Assembly: GCA_002840535.1 (NCBI GenBank)
Contig: PHBH01000026.1
Span: forward strand, 11,083 to 75,082
Source: Deltaproteobacteria bacterium HGW-Deltaproteobacteria-15
GTDB taxonomy: Bacteria; Desulfobacterota; DSM-4660; Desulfatiglandales; HGW-15
Length of the DNA stretch: 64,000 nucleotides
Direction of reading: 5' to 3'
Shown here: positions 10,992 to 20,582 of the stretch, piece by piece
Layout of the letters: every line of letters starts with the position of its first letter
How positions within the stretch are numbered: the first letter of the stretch is position 1
Made by a program: the position numbers and the translations under genes
Notes under the pieces: generated by a model
Databases searched by the model: none
Told to the model about the DNA's origin: nothing
The model's input: the letters and a program-made list of their open reading frames with translations, nothing else

Positions 10992-11315
10992 TGTCCCAGG
11001 AGATGACTTATGCTGCGCCGTGAGCATAGTGTAACCGGTCAGGCTCCAGAAACATTAACGAAAGGTATAATGCATCCGAGCTATACTCCTTCGGAAGCCA
11101 TGAGCCTAGACAAGAGGTGATCACACCGGCATCATTCCCCTGCAAATATCCATCCTATTGCCTCCTGATACCCCTACCGCTTTTTCTTGACACCAAATGA
11201 AAAACCTCTATATTCCTCCCCCTCAGAAACTGAGTGCTTGTCAAACCAGGAAATTTCTTGGAATTGCTTTGCACTCTGTTATTGAAGGGATACGCTAAAT
11301 AGAAGGAGTACGGAA

Positions 11316-11840
11316 ATGAAATCGAAGAATCTTCTTCAAATTGTATCGTTTATGCTCATACTGGGGCTCGGCTTCTCAAACGCCCTGGCGGGAAGCGCCG
11401 TGACATACCTTGGAAAAACCACTTGGACGGCCAAGATCACCCAAGCCAGCGATTCAAAGAATATCGGCGGCACGTTCACCGTTGTCGGAGGGATTACCAA
11501 GGTAGGCGACGAATTTTACGCGTTCCAAGGCTATGTCACTCCCGATAACGATGGTCCTTTCGTAATGTCAGGTTCGGGTTTCCTGATGGGGACAACATTG
11601 CTTTTCACGCTGAGCGAGTCCCAGGAACACACCGACAACTCCTGGCGAGACAGCGGGGTCATGCGCGTCAGCCTGGATCAATCGACCCTGAATGGAACGT
11701 TCTACGACATAGGATTGGATTACAGAACTGACACGAAGGTGTTCGATCAGCGGTTTAGCGCCGGGACGCTTACCAGAACGGGTGGATATATATCGCTTAT
11801 TTCAAGCACAGCCGCTACAGATTTGCTGCTTCAAGATTAG
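11316..11840 (+). CDS. secreted hypothetical protein
   Basis: AGGAG before the ATG. Signal-peptide-like N-terminus (LLQIVSFMLILGLGFSNALA). Confidence 0.55.
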   Translation: MKSKNLLQIVSFMLILGLGFSNALAGSAVTYLGKTTWTAKITQASDSKNIGGTFTVVGGITKVGDEFYAFQGYVTPDNDGPFVMSGSGFLMGTTLLFTLSESQEHTDNSWRDSGVMRVSLDQSTLNGTFYDIGLDYRTDTKVFDQRFSAGTLTRTGGYISLISSTAATDLLLQD

Positions 11841-11882
11841 GTCAGTCCTCATGCAGTTGTGGTAACCCGGGGCAGAAAACAA

Positions 11883-11920
11883 GGGGGCTGCAGTTCATGC
11901 TGCAGCCTCCTTGACTCTTT
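11883..11920 (+). terminator. stem-loop terminator candidate after 11316-11840
   Basis: GGGGGCTGCAG / CTGCAGCCTCC stem with a TTCATG loop, followed by a T-rich stretch. Confidence 0.55.
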
Positions 11921-11928
11921 ACGGTTAT

Positions 11929-11952
11929 TGGCGGAAGTGCATGGGAATCGAA
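11929..11952. repeat. 24-bp exact copy of the tRNA-Sec 3-prime end (distal att repeat of island A)
   Basis: TGGCGGAAGTGCATGGGAATCGAA is identical to 51669-51692 and 22057-22080. Confidence 0.85.
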
Positions 11953-12107
11953 ATCTTACACTTCTTAGTAATATCCGCTAGTTAATACCCCATCTGGGGA
12001 ACATTCGGGGAACAATGGTTCCCCAAGCCTACCTTTTCAGCTTCTCTCAGATACCCCATTTATACGGTCAATCTTGCCATAAAAGGCACAAGGAAGAAGG
12101 TGAACGA

Positions 12108-12305
12108 ATGCTAGGAACAATGAAATTTTACAACGATTCGAAAGGCTATGGTTTTGCCATAGGTGAAAACGGGATTGACTTTTTTGTTCATATTACAAAC
12201 GTAGCAGATGAAGTTATTCTTCAAACGGGTGACAAGATTGAATTTACTACACAACCATCACAGAATGGTGGTAGGCCACTAGCAGTAAATGTTAGGAAAA
12301 TTTAA
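12108..12305 (+). CDS. cold-shock-domain (CspA-like) protein
   Basis: GTMKFYNDSKGYGFAI...DFFVH matches the CSD RNP motifs (KGYGFI, FVH). Start trimmed to the ATG after AAGGAAGAAGG. Confidence 0.75.
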   Translation: MLGTMKFYNDSKGYGFAIGENGIDFFVHITNVADEVILQTGDKIEFTTQPSQNGGRPLAVNVRKI

Positions 12306-12323
12306 AGGAGCGATACAACTACA

Positions 12324-13106
12324 ATGAATGAACAAATTGAAAATCTCCGGAAGGAGTATCAAGAACTAGGCGGAAGCTTAGAAGAAGTACAATCAATTGA
12401 TTCAGTCGAAGAAATGGCCTTTTTGGTCAATCTTCAGTCAAGCATAAAAGAGTTAGAAAGTGATTCTAGTAACAATGGTTCAGAATCACAAAGTGATTTA
12501 CAATTAATTGAATCCTTGAAACAAGAACTAGAATCACTTCCGTATAATAGTGAAGAATGGAGACAACGTCAGAATCAAATACTATTTTACGAGAATAAAA
12601 CTCGAAAGGAGTTAGGACTTCAGCCAAAACAATATGAGGTACTAGACAGTGACCTAGCCAAACTGCTTCAACTTGATGGTAATGAAATATCTTCAACATG
12701 TAGAGAGTATATCTCAAAGTTTGAAGATAATATACCACTACAAAAAAGCCTAGAATTTCGGCTTACCCAGATGAAAAATAGTTTTGATCTTATACAAAAA
12801 CAGGAATTGGAGAAAACACAATTTGATGTTTTTGTGTCTTCAGCTTGGGAATCAGTAAAGAATGTTCCTGTTCGATATACCGAAGATTCAAGGGGTAAAT
12901 TGATAAAAAACCCAGGGTTTACAAAATGGTATAATTCAGCAAAGACTCTACAAACAAAGCTGAATAGCAGGATTCACTATCTTCAAAAAATGGAGCAAGA
13001 AGGAGAAGAAAATGTTGACTTACGTGAACGGATTTTCAGAATTCACAAAGACCTTTCTGCCCTATTGGAACAGCAAGGAGTGAGTAACAATGTCAGAACT
13101 AGATAA
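12324..13106 (+). CDS. hypothetical coiled-coil protein
   Basis: 260-aa AT-rich ORF, Glu/Leu/Gln-rich. No recognised motif. Confidence 0.5.
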   Translation: MNEQIENLRKEYQELGGSLEEVQSIDSVEEMAFLVNLQSSIKELESDSSNNGSESQSDLQLIESLKQELESLPYNSEEWRQRQNQILFYENKTRKELGLQPKQYEVLDSDLAKLLQLDGNEISSTCREYISKFEDNIPLQKSLEFRLTQMKNSFDLIQKQELEKTQFDVFVSSAWESVKNVPVRYTEDSRGKLIKNPGFTKWYNSAKTLQTKLNSRIHYLQKMEQEGEENVDLRERIFRIHKDLSALLEQQGVSNNVRTR

Positions 13107-13773
13107 AAATGAGCTTTTAGCATTATTCAAAGCAACAGACTTTAACAATGAAAATTCCTACCGCTTATTCTGCGAACAGTTACTCGATATTTCTGGAGCA
13201 ACTTTTTGGCAGAATGAAAGCAAGAAACTGATAGGTGAAAGAGACTCCGCAAAAGGTCGTGTTCGTGAGTTGGCAAAACTGACAGAAAAGAAGTTGGAGC
13301 AGATAAAGAAGAACAAGAATAGATCTGCTACTGATTCAAAGTTACTTGAATATCAGATTGTCAGTGAAGCAAAGAAAAACAAAAGCTATAGCCCTACTCA
13401 GATATACAAGCTACTGCGTGAAGACTTCCAGCAAGCTGAAGATAATAGTTTTTATGTTCCGATATTGGATGAAAACAAAAATGAAATCTCAAGAAAGAGT
13501 GTTGGACAATATGTCAGTGAGTTTTTGAGTAATCCTGAAAATGATAACCTCGTTGAAGCAGATAATTCAAAAGGTGGAAGTGGGCATTTTACAACCTCGT
13601 ATCCCGGTAGTAAAAGACAAGGAAAAGATAGACGTGGTAAACCGAAGTCTAGAAGAAAATATCCTCCTGAAATCGTCAAAGCGGCAGATGAACGAGGTTT
13701 AAGCCCACAAGATTGGGCAGAAATCCTCGAACACAAAAAAGAAGTAACAGCAAAAAGGAAGGGTTCAAATTGA
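13090..13773 (+). CDS. hypothetical protein with basic C-terminus
   Basis: 227-aa ORF overlapping the upstream stop. Lys/Arg-rich tail. Confidence 0.5.
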   Translation: MSELDKNELLALFKATDFNNENSYRLFCEQLLDISGATFWQNESKKLIGERDSAKGRVRELAKLTEKKLEQIKKNKNRSATDSKLLEYQIVSEAKKNKSYSPTQIYKLLREDFQQAEDNSFYVPILDENKNEISRKSVGQYVSEFLSNPENDNLVEADNSKGGSGHFTTSYPGSKRQGKDRRGKPKSRRKYPPEIVKAADERGLSPQDWAEILEHKKEVTAKRKGSN

Positions 13774-13805
13774 AGTCAAGAAGGAGAAAAAGACGTATTT
13801 ATACT

Positions 13806-13949
13806 ATGTCGGAACAAGATCTTTTAAACCGCAGAATGTATGAGAAGTTTCATTCTGTTCATACTTCACAAGAATTAGACGGGTTATTACCAGACGATTT
13901 GACCATATATCGAGATAATTTAAAACCACTGAAAAGGAGAACTAAATGA
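13806..13949 (+). CDS. small hypothetical protein
   Basis: 47-aa product from an internal ATG of ORF 13713-13949. Weak support. Confidence 0.3.
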   Translation: MSEQDLLNRRMYEKFHSVHTSQELDGLLPDDLTIYRDNLKPLKRRTK

Positions 13950-14116
13950 AAGAAACAGTATTACCTCTGCGATTAGCAGAAGTTGAAGCATTATATCTGA
14001 GATTTGGACTTAACCAAAACCAGCTCGCTAGGATATTTAGGGTGAAACCAAAAAGTATTGAACGATATTTTTACAGAATCGCAGATCGAAAGGAGAATAT
14101 AAATAATGAGCGATAG
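13946..14116 (+). CDS. small HTH-like protein (below ORF-track cutoff)
   Basis: My own translation gives MKETVLPLRLAEVEALYLRFGLNQNQLARIFRVKPKSIERYF... GGAGA precedes the ATG. The start overlaps the upstream stop (ATGA). Confidence 0.4.
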   Translation: MKETVLPLRLAEVEALYLRFGLNQNQLARIFRVKPKSIERYFYRIADRKENINNER

Positions 14117-14291
14117 TAAATGCACACTAACCTTAAGGGAAATGGATGAAGACTTAGTAAAATCCTTGAAGAAAGAAAGTAAGGAACTGAGTATGTCCCC
14201 AACTAAGCTTGTATCCTGCTTGTTTGTTTTGTATGAATTGCAATGTCGTTACACCAGGGAACAGCTAAGACAGGCTGGCCTACATGTTTGA
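14106..14291 (+). CDS. small hypothetical protein
   Basis: 61-aa ORF overlapping the previous gene's end. Confidence 0.35.
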   Translation: MSDSKCTLTLREMDEDLVKSLKKESKELSMSPTKLVSCLFVLYELQCRYTREQLRQAGLHV

Positions 14292-14400
14292 TAGATAATA
14301 TCAATTCCTAAACTTGAATGATCGAATAATTGATATTGCGGTTGATAGAGCAGTAATAGAGTAGGCAGTAAAACGTCTTATCTGCTTGATACTACAGGAT

Positions 14401-14622
14401 TTATCCCTTTTGTGATATTGCAGATAAAATAAGGGAAGGATGATAAATCCCTGCCTTTCTGACTTCCTCTAATACATTAATATAATTGGCATCTTTTAAA
14501 ATCGCATTATATAGCAGTTCCTTTCCATAGCCGAAGGCACCTACCGGCGGGTGTTGCAGGGAATAGCAGAATTCTTGAAATTGGTCCTTCACCTCAGCCA
14601 ATAGATAGAATCGAGGTGACAT
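14401..14622 (-). CDS. small hypothetical protein
   Basis: 73-aa ORF. No motif recognised. Confidence 0.35.
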   Translation of the reverse strand: MSPRFYLLAEVKDQFQEFCYSLQHPPVGAFGYGKELLYNAILKDANYINVLEEVRKAGIYHPSLILSAISQKG

Positions 14623-14749
14623 CCTGCAACACCTATTTATACATTTATGAAGCTGAGAAAGTAAGAATTAGGCCGAAAAGTGGCAAAATGGGAAGTAAGA
14701 AGGTACTTTTGGAAGTTACAAAATGACCTTAATACAATCAATCCAACAA

Positions 14750-15229
14750 TCATTTCGTTGAAGTTTCGAATTCGTCCATCCATGGTTTCACCTTGTCGTA
14801 AGGTACCTTTGCGACCTTGCAAAGTGTCTCATCGTCGAGATTTAACTCATTCTGCCTTTTACGAATCTCGCTCAACCATTTGTGTAGAAGCCTAGCTTCA
14901 ACATCTTCAAGACCGGTCGAAATTGACCTTGATTTATGTACCCGGACAATAATATCTGCACTTATCCAAGCCCGAAAGTAAAGTCCAAGTAAAAAGGGCT
15001 CAGTATCCATACTCTTTTGTGCGTTTACATTTCGGATTTGGCTGACGCATTCTGCTACTCCAGAAACATTTCCGGCATTGCACGAAGTGGAAAAAGAGTC
15101 TGAGCCTCTTTCAATCTCAGATCTCACGGTCATCACCTTTTTTTCCACTGGAGCATCTAGGTCAGCAGTTGAACAGATTTGAGGAATGGACAAAACCAGC
15201 ACTACGATCGAGACAATTAGCTTTTTCAT
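14750..15229 (-). CDS. secreted hypothetical protein
   Basis: Start trimmed to the ATG after GGAGGAAGG. N-terminus MKKLIVSIVVLVLSIPQICSTA looks like a signal peptide. Confidence 0.5.
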   Translation of the reverse strand: MKKLIVSIVVLVLSIPQICSTADLDAPVEKKVMTVRSEIERGSDSFSTSCNAGNVSGVAECVSQIRNVNAQKSMDTEPFLLGLYFRAWISADIIVRVHKSRSISTGLEDVEARLLHKWLSEIRKRQNELNLDDETLCKVAKVPYDKVKPWMDEFETSTK

Positions 15230-15370
15230 TTCCCTTCCTCCTTTTGTGCATGTAGCCGCCGCAGGGACTAGATAGTTTTTGAAATTGGCTGTAGGAGATT
15301 CCACCGCCTTTGTGGTCACCGTGAATTCTCGTTGAATTCTTCTGAATCAACTTTCTTTACCATACTAGTC

Positions 15371-15727
15371 TCATTTCTTCTTTTGTATGCTGTCATCTTC
15401 AATGAGCCATATCTTATTTGAACCTTGGATCACTACATTTCCATATTTATCATGAAATCTCTGTTTCTCGAAAAGTTTAGCCTTCAGCTTGTCCTTTTTT
15501 ATAAAACGATAAATTGTGTGTGTGCTAATTCCCCACAATTGCGCCGCTTTCTGTACGGTTACGACTGGTTGTGTATACGTGAAGTATTCGCAATTCCAAC
15601 ACCCCTTGTACTCAAATGTTCTGACATCAACATCGCAGCCTTTGTAGTCAACATGTGTTGGATTGCTGCATTCTCCAATGATCTGTCCTTCTTCGAAGAT
15701 GGAAAAGGATTCTTCTTTTTCCTGCAT
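15371..15727 (-). CDS. HTH DNA-binding protein (excisionase/MerR-like HTH) with Cys-rich N-terminus
   Basis: VTVQKAAQLWGISTHTIYRFIKKDKL HTH segment. Lies immediately upstream of the small recombinase gene. Confidence 0.55.
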   Translation of the reverse strand: MQEKEESFSIFEEGQIIGECSNPTHVDYKGCDVDVRTFEYKGCWNCEYFTYTQPVVTVQKAAQLWGISTHTIYRFIKKDKLKAKLFEKQRFHDKYGNVVIQGSNKIWLIEDDSIQKKK

Positions 15728-15796
15728 CTTTCCTCCTTTCGTGTTCGGATAGGGTCTAGAATCCCTCAGAATCGACTTTTGAACCTGATCGAATAG

Positions 15797-16471
15797 CTAA
15801 CCCCATAAACCTTTAACCTGTTCCTGCAATTCCTCTTTGGTGACATCCGCATAGATCGTAGTCGATTGAATAGAGACATGCCGAAGTTGCTTTTGTACTG
15901 CCCGTAAATCTTTGTTTTGTTTGTATAAAGCTACAGCATAAGAATGCCTAAGAGAATGAGCAGACTTCCCTTTCTCGTATAATCCTAGTCTTTTCAGGCA
16001 CTTTTTTATAATCAACTGTAAGGCTTGACTTGTTACCTTTCCTCTCTGACCTTGGAACAATGGAGCATCAGAAGAAATATCTTCCCTATGCTGCTCCTTC
16101 CATAGCAAGAACGTCTTGAGATGACGCTTAAGCGAATCAGGAATGACAACCATACCGGAGACATTTCCTTTTCCATTTCGCACATGGATTTCTGCTTGTC
16201 CGTGTCCGATACGCAAATCTCCGCAACATAGGTTTGCTGCTTCACTGACTCGTAGGCCACTACTGGTAAGCAGATCGACAACCATCCAAGTCCTAATCCC
16301 TGTTACAGTCCCTCTTGAAGCTGATACCTCAGCCTGTTCTCTTGCCAGTCTCCGAAGTGCCTTGATTTCAGCTTCAGAGTAGTATCGAAGCTTGTCTAGG
16401 TTAACGTGTCTCCGCTCCTTCTTCTTCTCGTTAGCGGTACGGATAGGTAGCTGAATAAGGTTTGATACCAT
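15797..16471 (-). CDS. small tyrosine recombinase (XerC/D-like)
   Basis: Catalytic-domain motifs GLRVSEA, HSLRHSYA and LRHVSIQSTTIYADV (R...HxxR...Y). Confidence 0.85.
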   Translation of the reverse strand: MVSNLIQLPIRTANEKKKERRHVNLDKLRYYSEAEIKALRRLAREQAEVSASRGTVTGIRTWMVVDLLTSSGLRVSEAANLCCGDLRIGHGQAEIHVRNGKGNVSGMVVIPDSLKRHLKTFLLWKEQHREDISSDAPLFQGQRGKVTSQALQLIIKKCLKRLGLYEKGKSAHSLRHSYAVALYKQNKDLRAVQKQLRHVSIQSTTIYADVTKEELQEQVKGLWG

Positions 16472-17465
16472 ACATTCACCTCCATGAAAAGTTTTCTATA
16501 CAGTTTGGAAACCGTTTGAAGGGTGTAACTAGCTGATCGCTTGTTGTGCCAACACCCAAACTGAAAAGAAAATCTATAGACTGTTTTGAGTTTCTGTAGG
16601 GCAAAAAAGAAGGGCAGAGGAACAGCACTTGCTTGTGTGTGTCCCTCTGCCCTATGTCCTTCACCATACCGTTATAGCTGGTACTGGATCTTAACGAGCT
16701 ACTGCATAGCGCTATGCAGCTAAAGTACAACCGGGAGTCTCACGTCAATCTCGGTGTGACAGTTGCCCTTCAAACCGGCTTCCTTGATCCTGCTCAGATG
16801 CCTATCTCAAAGAGCGATTCGGCTGAAGTGTTCCTCATGCACTATCAGGTTAAACATGTTATAGGTTGATACAAACAATGCTCATACTTCCATCACATTG
16901 TAAAGTTTGGCAGGATTCACAGTGCTGGTAAGCTCTTGGAAGTGTTAATTAAAATGGCTGTATCAATACAAATTGATAATGCTTTTCCCTAACTTCCTGG
17001 TTGACTTAAAGTGATCTCAATTCAAGGACATGGACTGACTGTAGTAATTATAAGAAGTCAAGAAATATGTGCTTTTTCTGTATCATCTGTGATACGCCAA
17101 TCTATTGGCCTTGTGTCATAATTCTAACACATAGTGCTGCTATATTGACTGGCATGTGTCGAGTATTTGTTTACCGCTAGGTCAACTTATGTATGCGGAT
17201 AGGTTAACAAGCGAACACATAATGGCTTTAGATAACTTCGATGTTGCATCGGAAGGTATGCCACCCTATTCACCATATCGCATGAAAAAGTCGAAAATGT
17301 TGGAACATGTCCGGTATTACAGATGAATGCCTCTTCAGGTTTAAGCCTTCAGAACAGTTGAATATTAGCTATTAACATTTGAGCTTGCGAAAAACACAGC
17401 AATATACGAAGATAACGACCCACAACCATACAATTCCATCGACTCAGCAAACAAAGGGGGGGGGT

Positions 17466-18155
17466 ATGAGAGGATTATTGATGAGCATCTGCCTATCAGC
17501 GACCATTTGCACGTTTTCTTCATGTACCTTTCAATTAACTCATCATTTTATAGACAAACTAAAGCCAGAGGAACTATACCTAGAATATAATACTATTCCC
17601 AAGGATCTTAAAGCCATATCGAACTGTGAACAAACCCCCTCCATAAACATAATAAGTTCCGAGACTAGAGACAGTTACAATATTCCTTGGGGACCGTACA
17701 CATATCATGTGATACCAAGCCAACTTATGGAAAAGGTCGCTGATTACATGAGAACGGGGTTCGCGAAAACAGGTGTGAGGCCTGATAGCAGTTGCCCTAA
17801 AACTATTCGTATTTTCTTCGAAGAAATCAAGTTCTTGAAAGGCTTCTGGGTAATCGGTGGTTTTTTTCGCATGAAGGTAGCAGTCCCTGAAATTGGATAC
17901 ACGCAATACTATGAAGCTGAGGAGTGGTCAGGAAGTGGTGCCCTATACCAAACACTTAATTCCATACACATCTCTACGCAAAAAGTCATTGATGACCCTG
18001 TTATTCAGGGGTATATACTCTGCCGAGATGAAAACATCCGGAAGAAGCAGTCATTAGCTGATAGGCTACAAGAACTGAGGGAAGCTTTGGACAGAAAGCT
18101 AATTTCGTCAGACGAATACGAGTCTGCTCGGCAAAGGCTAATTGAATCTTATTGA
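17466..18155 (+). CDS. lipoprotein with C-terminal SHOCT-like motif
   Basis: MRGLLMSICLSATICTFSSC lipobox-like leader. C-terminal LISSDEYESARQRLI resembles the SHOCT domain. The ATG is preceded by a G9 run. Confidence 0.6.
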   Translation: MRGLLMSICLSATICTFSSCTFQLTHHFIDKLKPEELYLEYNTIPKDLKAISNCEQTPSINIISSETRDSYNIPWGPYTYHVIPSQLMEKVADYMRTGFAKTGVRPDSSCPKTIRIFFEEIKFLKGFWVIGGFFRMKVAVPEIGYTQYYEAEEWSGSGALYQTLNSIHISTQKVIDDPVIQGYILCRDENIRKKQSLADRLQELREALDRKLISSDEYESARQRLIESY

Positions 18156-18623
18156 CTGTACGAATGATGTCATTCCATGCTGATGACACATAAGGCACTG
18201 AAAACACTAGCGTCAGTTTTTTGTTGACAATCAGAAGTCATCATTATACAAAGCGACTTCCGGTGAGGCATCCCCAATCATGGGAGTCTCCAGCAGCGAC
18301 TAAAGCACCACACATTATCAACCTTCCAAAACACCCTGCCCCTTTTTTTCTGGAACACTCCAGAAATTTCTCCGGTTTTATAATTTGTCAACTTTTTTTG
18401 AATTAATATTTTTTTGCGACTACGTCCTTTTTCCACTATCCAAATCACGTTATTAGAAGCACACTTTTTTAGAGGCAGACGCGGTCTGAATCATATATCA
18501 AAATCGTCTGAAGTGAACCGTCATTAGTGTCTTAGCTGGACATGACCGAAAGTTCTCTCTACTAACTCTCTTGCTTTCTACGGTTTACTTCAGACTCCAT
18601 TTCTAGAGAGGAAGTGTTTAAAA

Positions 18624-20051
18624 TTGTTAGAGTATATACATTTAGATGATTCGATTTTATTCGATACCTATTGTGTATCTGAAATCAATGGGTTTATTGA
18701 TCTTACAGAATATATCCTAGATGAAATTGGACTGAGAAACGATAAAAGCAGAGATTATTACAAAAAAAGGGACTTTCTAAGAAACATGTTAGCGAATCTT
18801 TATATTTCTGAAAGGATAAATAGACCTGTTGCCATATCAAAGGATAGGAATAGCTGGAAATGTGTGGAGAGGTATCACAAACTTTTCATGACATACAGAA
18901 CCATGAAATTCGTCTTTGACAGGATGACTTCGGCAAAACTGATAGTTTCATATAAAGGTTTCAATATTCCTAAAACCTCTTTCAGTTATAACACTCGTTT
19001 TCATGCTACCAGTAAGCTGGAGAATTTAATTAATCGTTTTGTTCCAACTTTAGAGTTTATTCCGGCTGAACTTGATCAGGATTACATTTTACTAAAAGAT
19101 CAGAAGAAATTCCTATCCGGATATGAAGATGATGAAAATACTGTAGAAATGCGAAGGCAACTTACTGATTACAACGAATTCATGTCAGATCAGGAGATTT
19201 CAATCAGCCTAGATCATATATTAGAGCCTCTTAGCAAAACAATCAGGGAATACCAGCTAAAAGGATTTCTTACAATCCCTAATTCCAACTATAACACTAA
19301 TTCTCCTACTCCTTCCAATCTAACACCTTACCCCTTACACACCATTACTCAGAACGTTCATTACAATGAACAGGAAGCATGGTTATTGGGATTAAAGCAG
19401 GTTAGATCTTCTAGAATCTTTAACACAGATTTCAGCCATGGCGGTAGGTTCTACCACAGTATTCATCTGGTTTTCGGTAAAGAACAGAGGAAGGAAATAC
19501 GGATAAATGGGGAAAGAACATGCGAGTTAGATTATTCAAGTCTACATCCTCGGATGCTCTACAACATGTCAGGGATTGCCTTTGAAGGAGATTGCTATAG
19601 CGATATTTCTGACTCTCAGGAGGAAAGAGAGTTAGTCAAGGAAGTCATGCTAACAATGATCAACATTTCTAAAGAAAAAAAAGATAAGTTACCTGCTTCG
19701 GTGAACAAGGAGATTAAAAAACATAATTCCCGTCAAAAATTCCTACCGGTAGGACAGAGGATTTATAAAAAGGGGATTCCGTATAAGAAAGTATGGGAGT
19801 ATGCGGATAGAATTGAGAAATATCACTCCCCTATTGCTGAATATTTTAATAGCGGCATCGGTTTACGGTTACAGAATTTAGATAGCCACATAATGAGCAA
19901 TGTTTTGAACGATTGCTATAGGGAAAAAGTAGCTTCCTTACCTGTTCATGACAGTTGTATTGTTAAAGAACGGGATAAGGATTTTTTGTATTCATCAATG
20001 GTTAGAAATTACCAGAAAGTTATGAACGGATACACTCCGGTAATAAAATAA
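18624..20051 (+). CDS. hypothetical protein with polymerase-palm-like motifs (possible element replication protein)
   Basis: TTG start after GAGGAAG. GGRFY, ELDYSSLHPRMLY and LPVHDSCIV segments resemble motifs A and C of family-A/T7-like single-subunit polymerases. Confidence 0.5.
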   Translation: MLEYIHLDDSILFDTYCVSEINGFIDLTEYILDEIGLRNDKSRDYYKKRDFLRNMLANLYISERINRPVAISKDRNSWKCVERYHKLFMTYRTMKFVFDRMTSAKLIVSYKGFNIPKTSFSYNTRFHATSKLENLINRFVPTLEFIPAELDQDYILLKDQKKFLSGYEDDENTVEMRRQLTDYNEFMSDQEISISLDHILEPLSKTIREYQLKGFLTIPNSNYNTNSPTPSNLTPYPLHTITQNVHYNEQEAWLLGLKQVRSSRIFNTDFSHGGRFYHSIHLVFGKEQRKEIRINGERTCELDYSSLHPRMLYNMSGIAFEGDCYSDISDSQEERELVKEVMLTMINISKEKKDKLPASVNKEIKKHNSRQKFLPVGQRIYKKGIPYKKVWEYADRIEKYHSPIAEYFNSGIGLRLQNLDSHIMSNVLNDCYREKVASLPVHDSCIVKERDKDFLYSSMVRNYQKVMNGYTPVIK

Positions 20052-20119
20052 GGGTTGTACAGGACCATTCAATCTGTACGTAGCTTCAACAAATTAGAAC
20101 CTTTTTTATAGGAGAAATT

Positions 20120-20320
20120 ATGAGTAGAAAAGTAATGAAGCTGGTAAATCCTTATACCGGGGAAATGGTTTGCAAAGTATGTGGTTCACAACATTTTGCA
20201 AGTATTAAACCGAGCTGTAATGGACATTACTACCGGGGTTCATGGCAGTGTATTAACCATTGTAAACTGGAGGATTTACAAGAGCCTGAACAATCTGAGG
20301 AACAAGGGGAAAAAAGTTAG
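20120..20320 (+). CDS. small zinc-ribbon-like protein
   Basis: AGGAGA before the ATG. CKVCGS...C..H and CINHC pairs. Confidence 0.45.
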   Translation: MSRKVMKLVNPYTGEMVCKVCGSQHFASIKPSCNGHYYRGSWQCINHCKLEDLQEPEQSEEQGEKS

Positions 20321-20582
20321 TTAACCAGAATCCTGCCCTTTCCCTCAGAAGGGCAGGAAATACCCAAAATCAAGAGCTACAGGGACTTTCTACAGGAAAC
20401 AGGTATAGGGTGTTAGGGCATTTGGAACTTAATTCAAAACTATAAGAAAGGCAGCGATATGATTATTGATTTTCGACAAAGGACGCGTTGGAATGAAAAC
20501 CTCAAAACGAAACTCATTGACTTCAGGAAAAAAGTATGCTTCGGATTCTCTCAAATCCAGCAAGGATTCGGAGGGATTCTGC

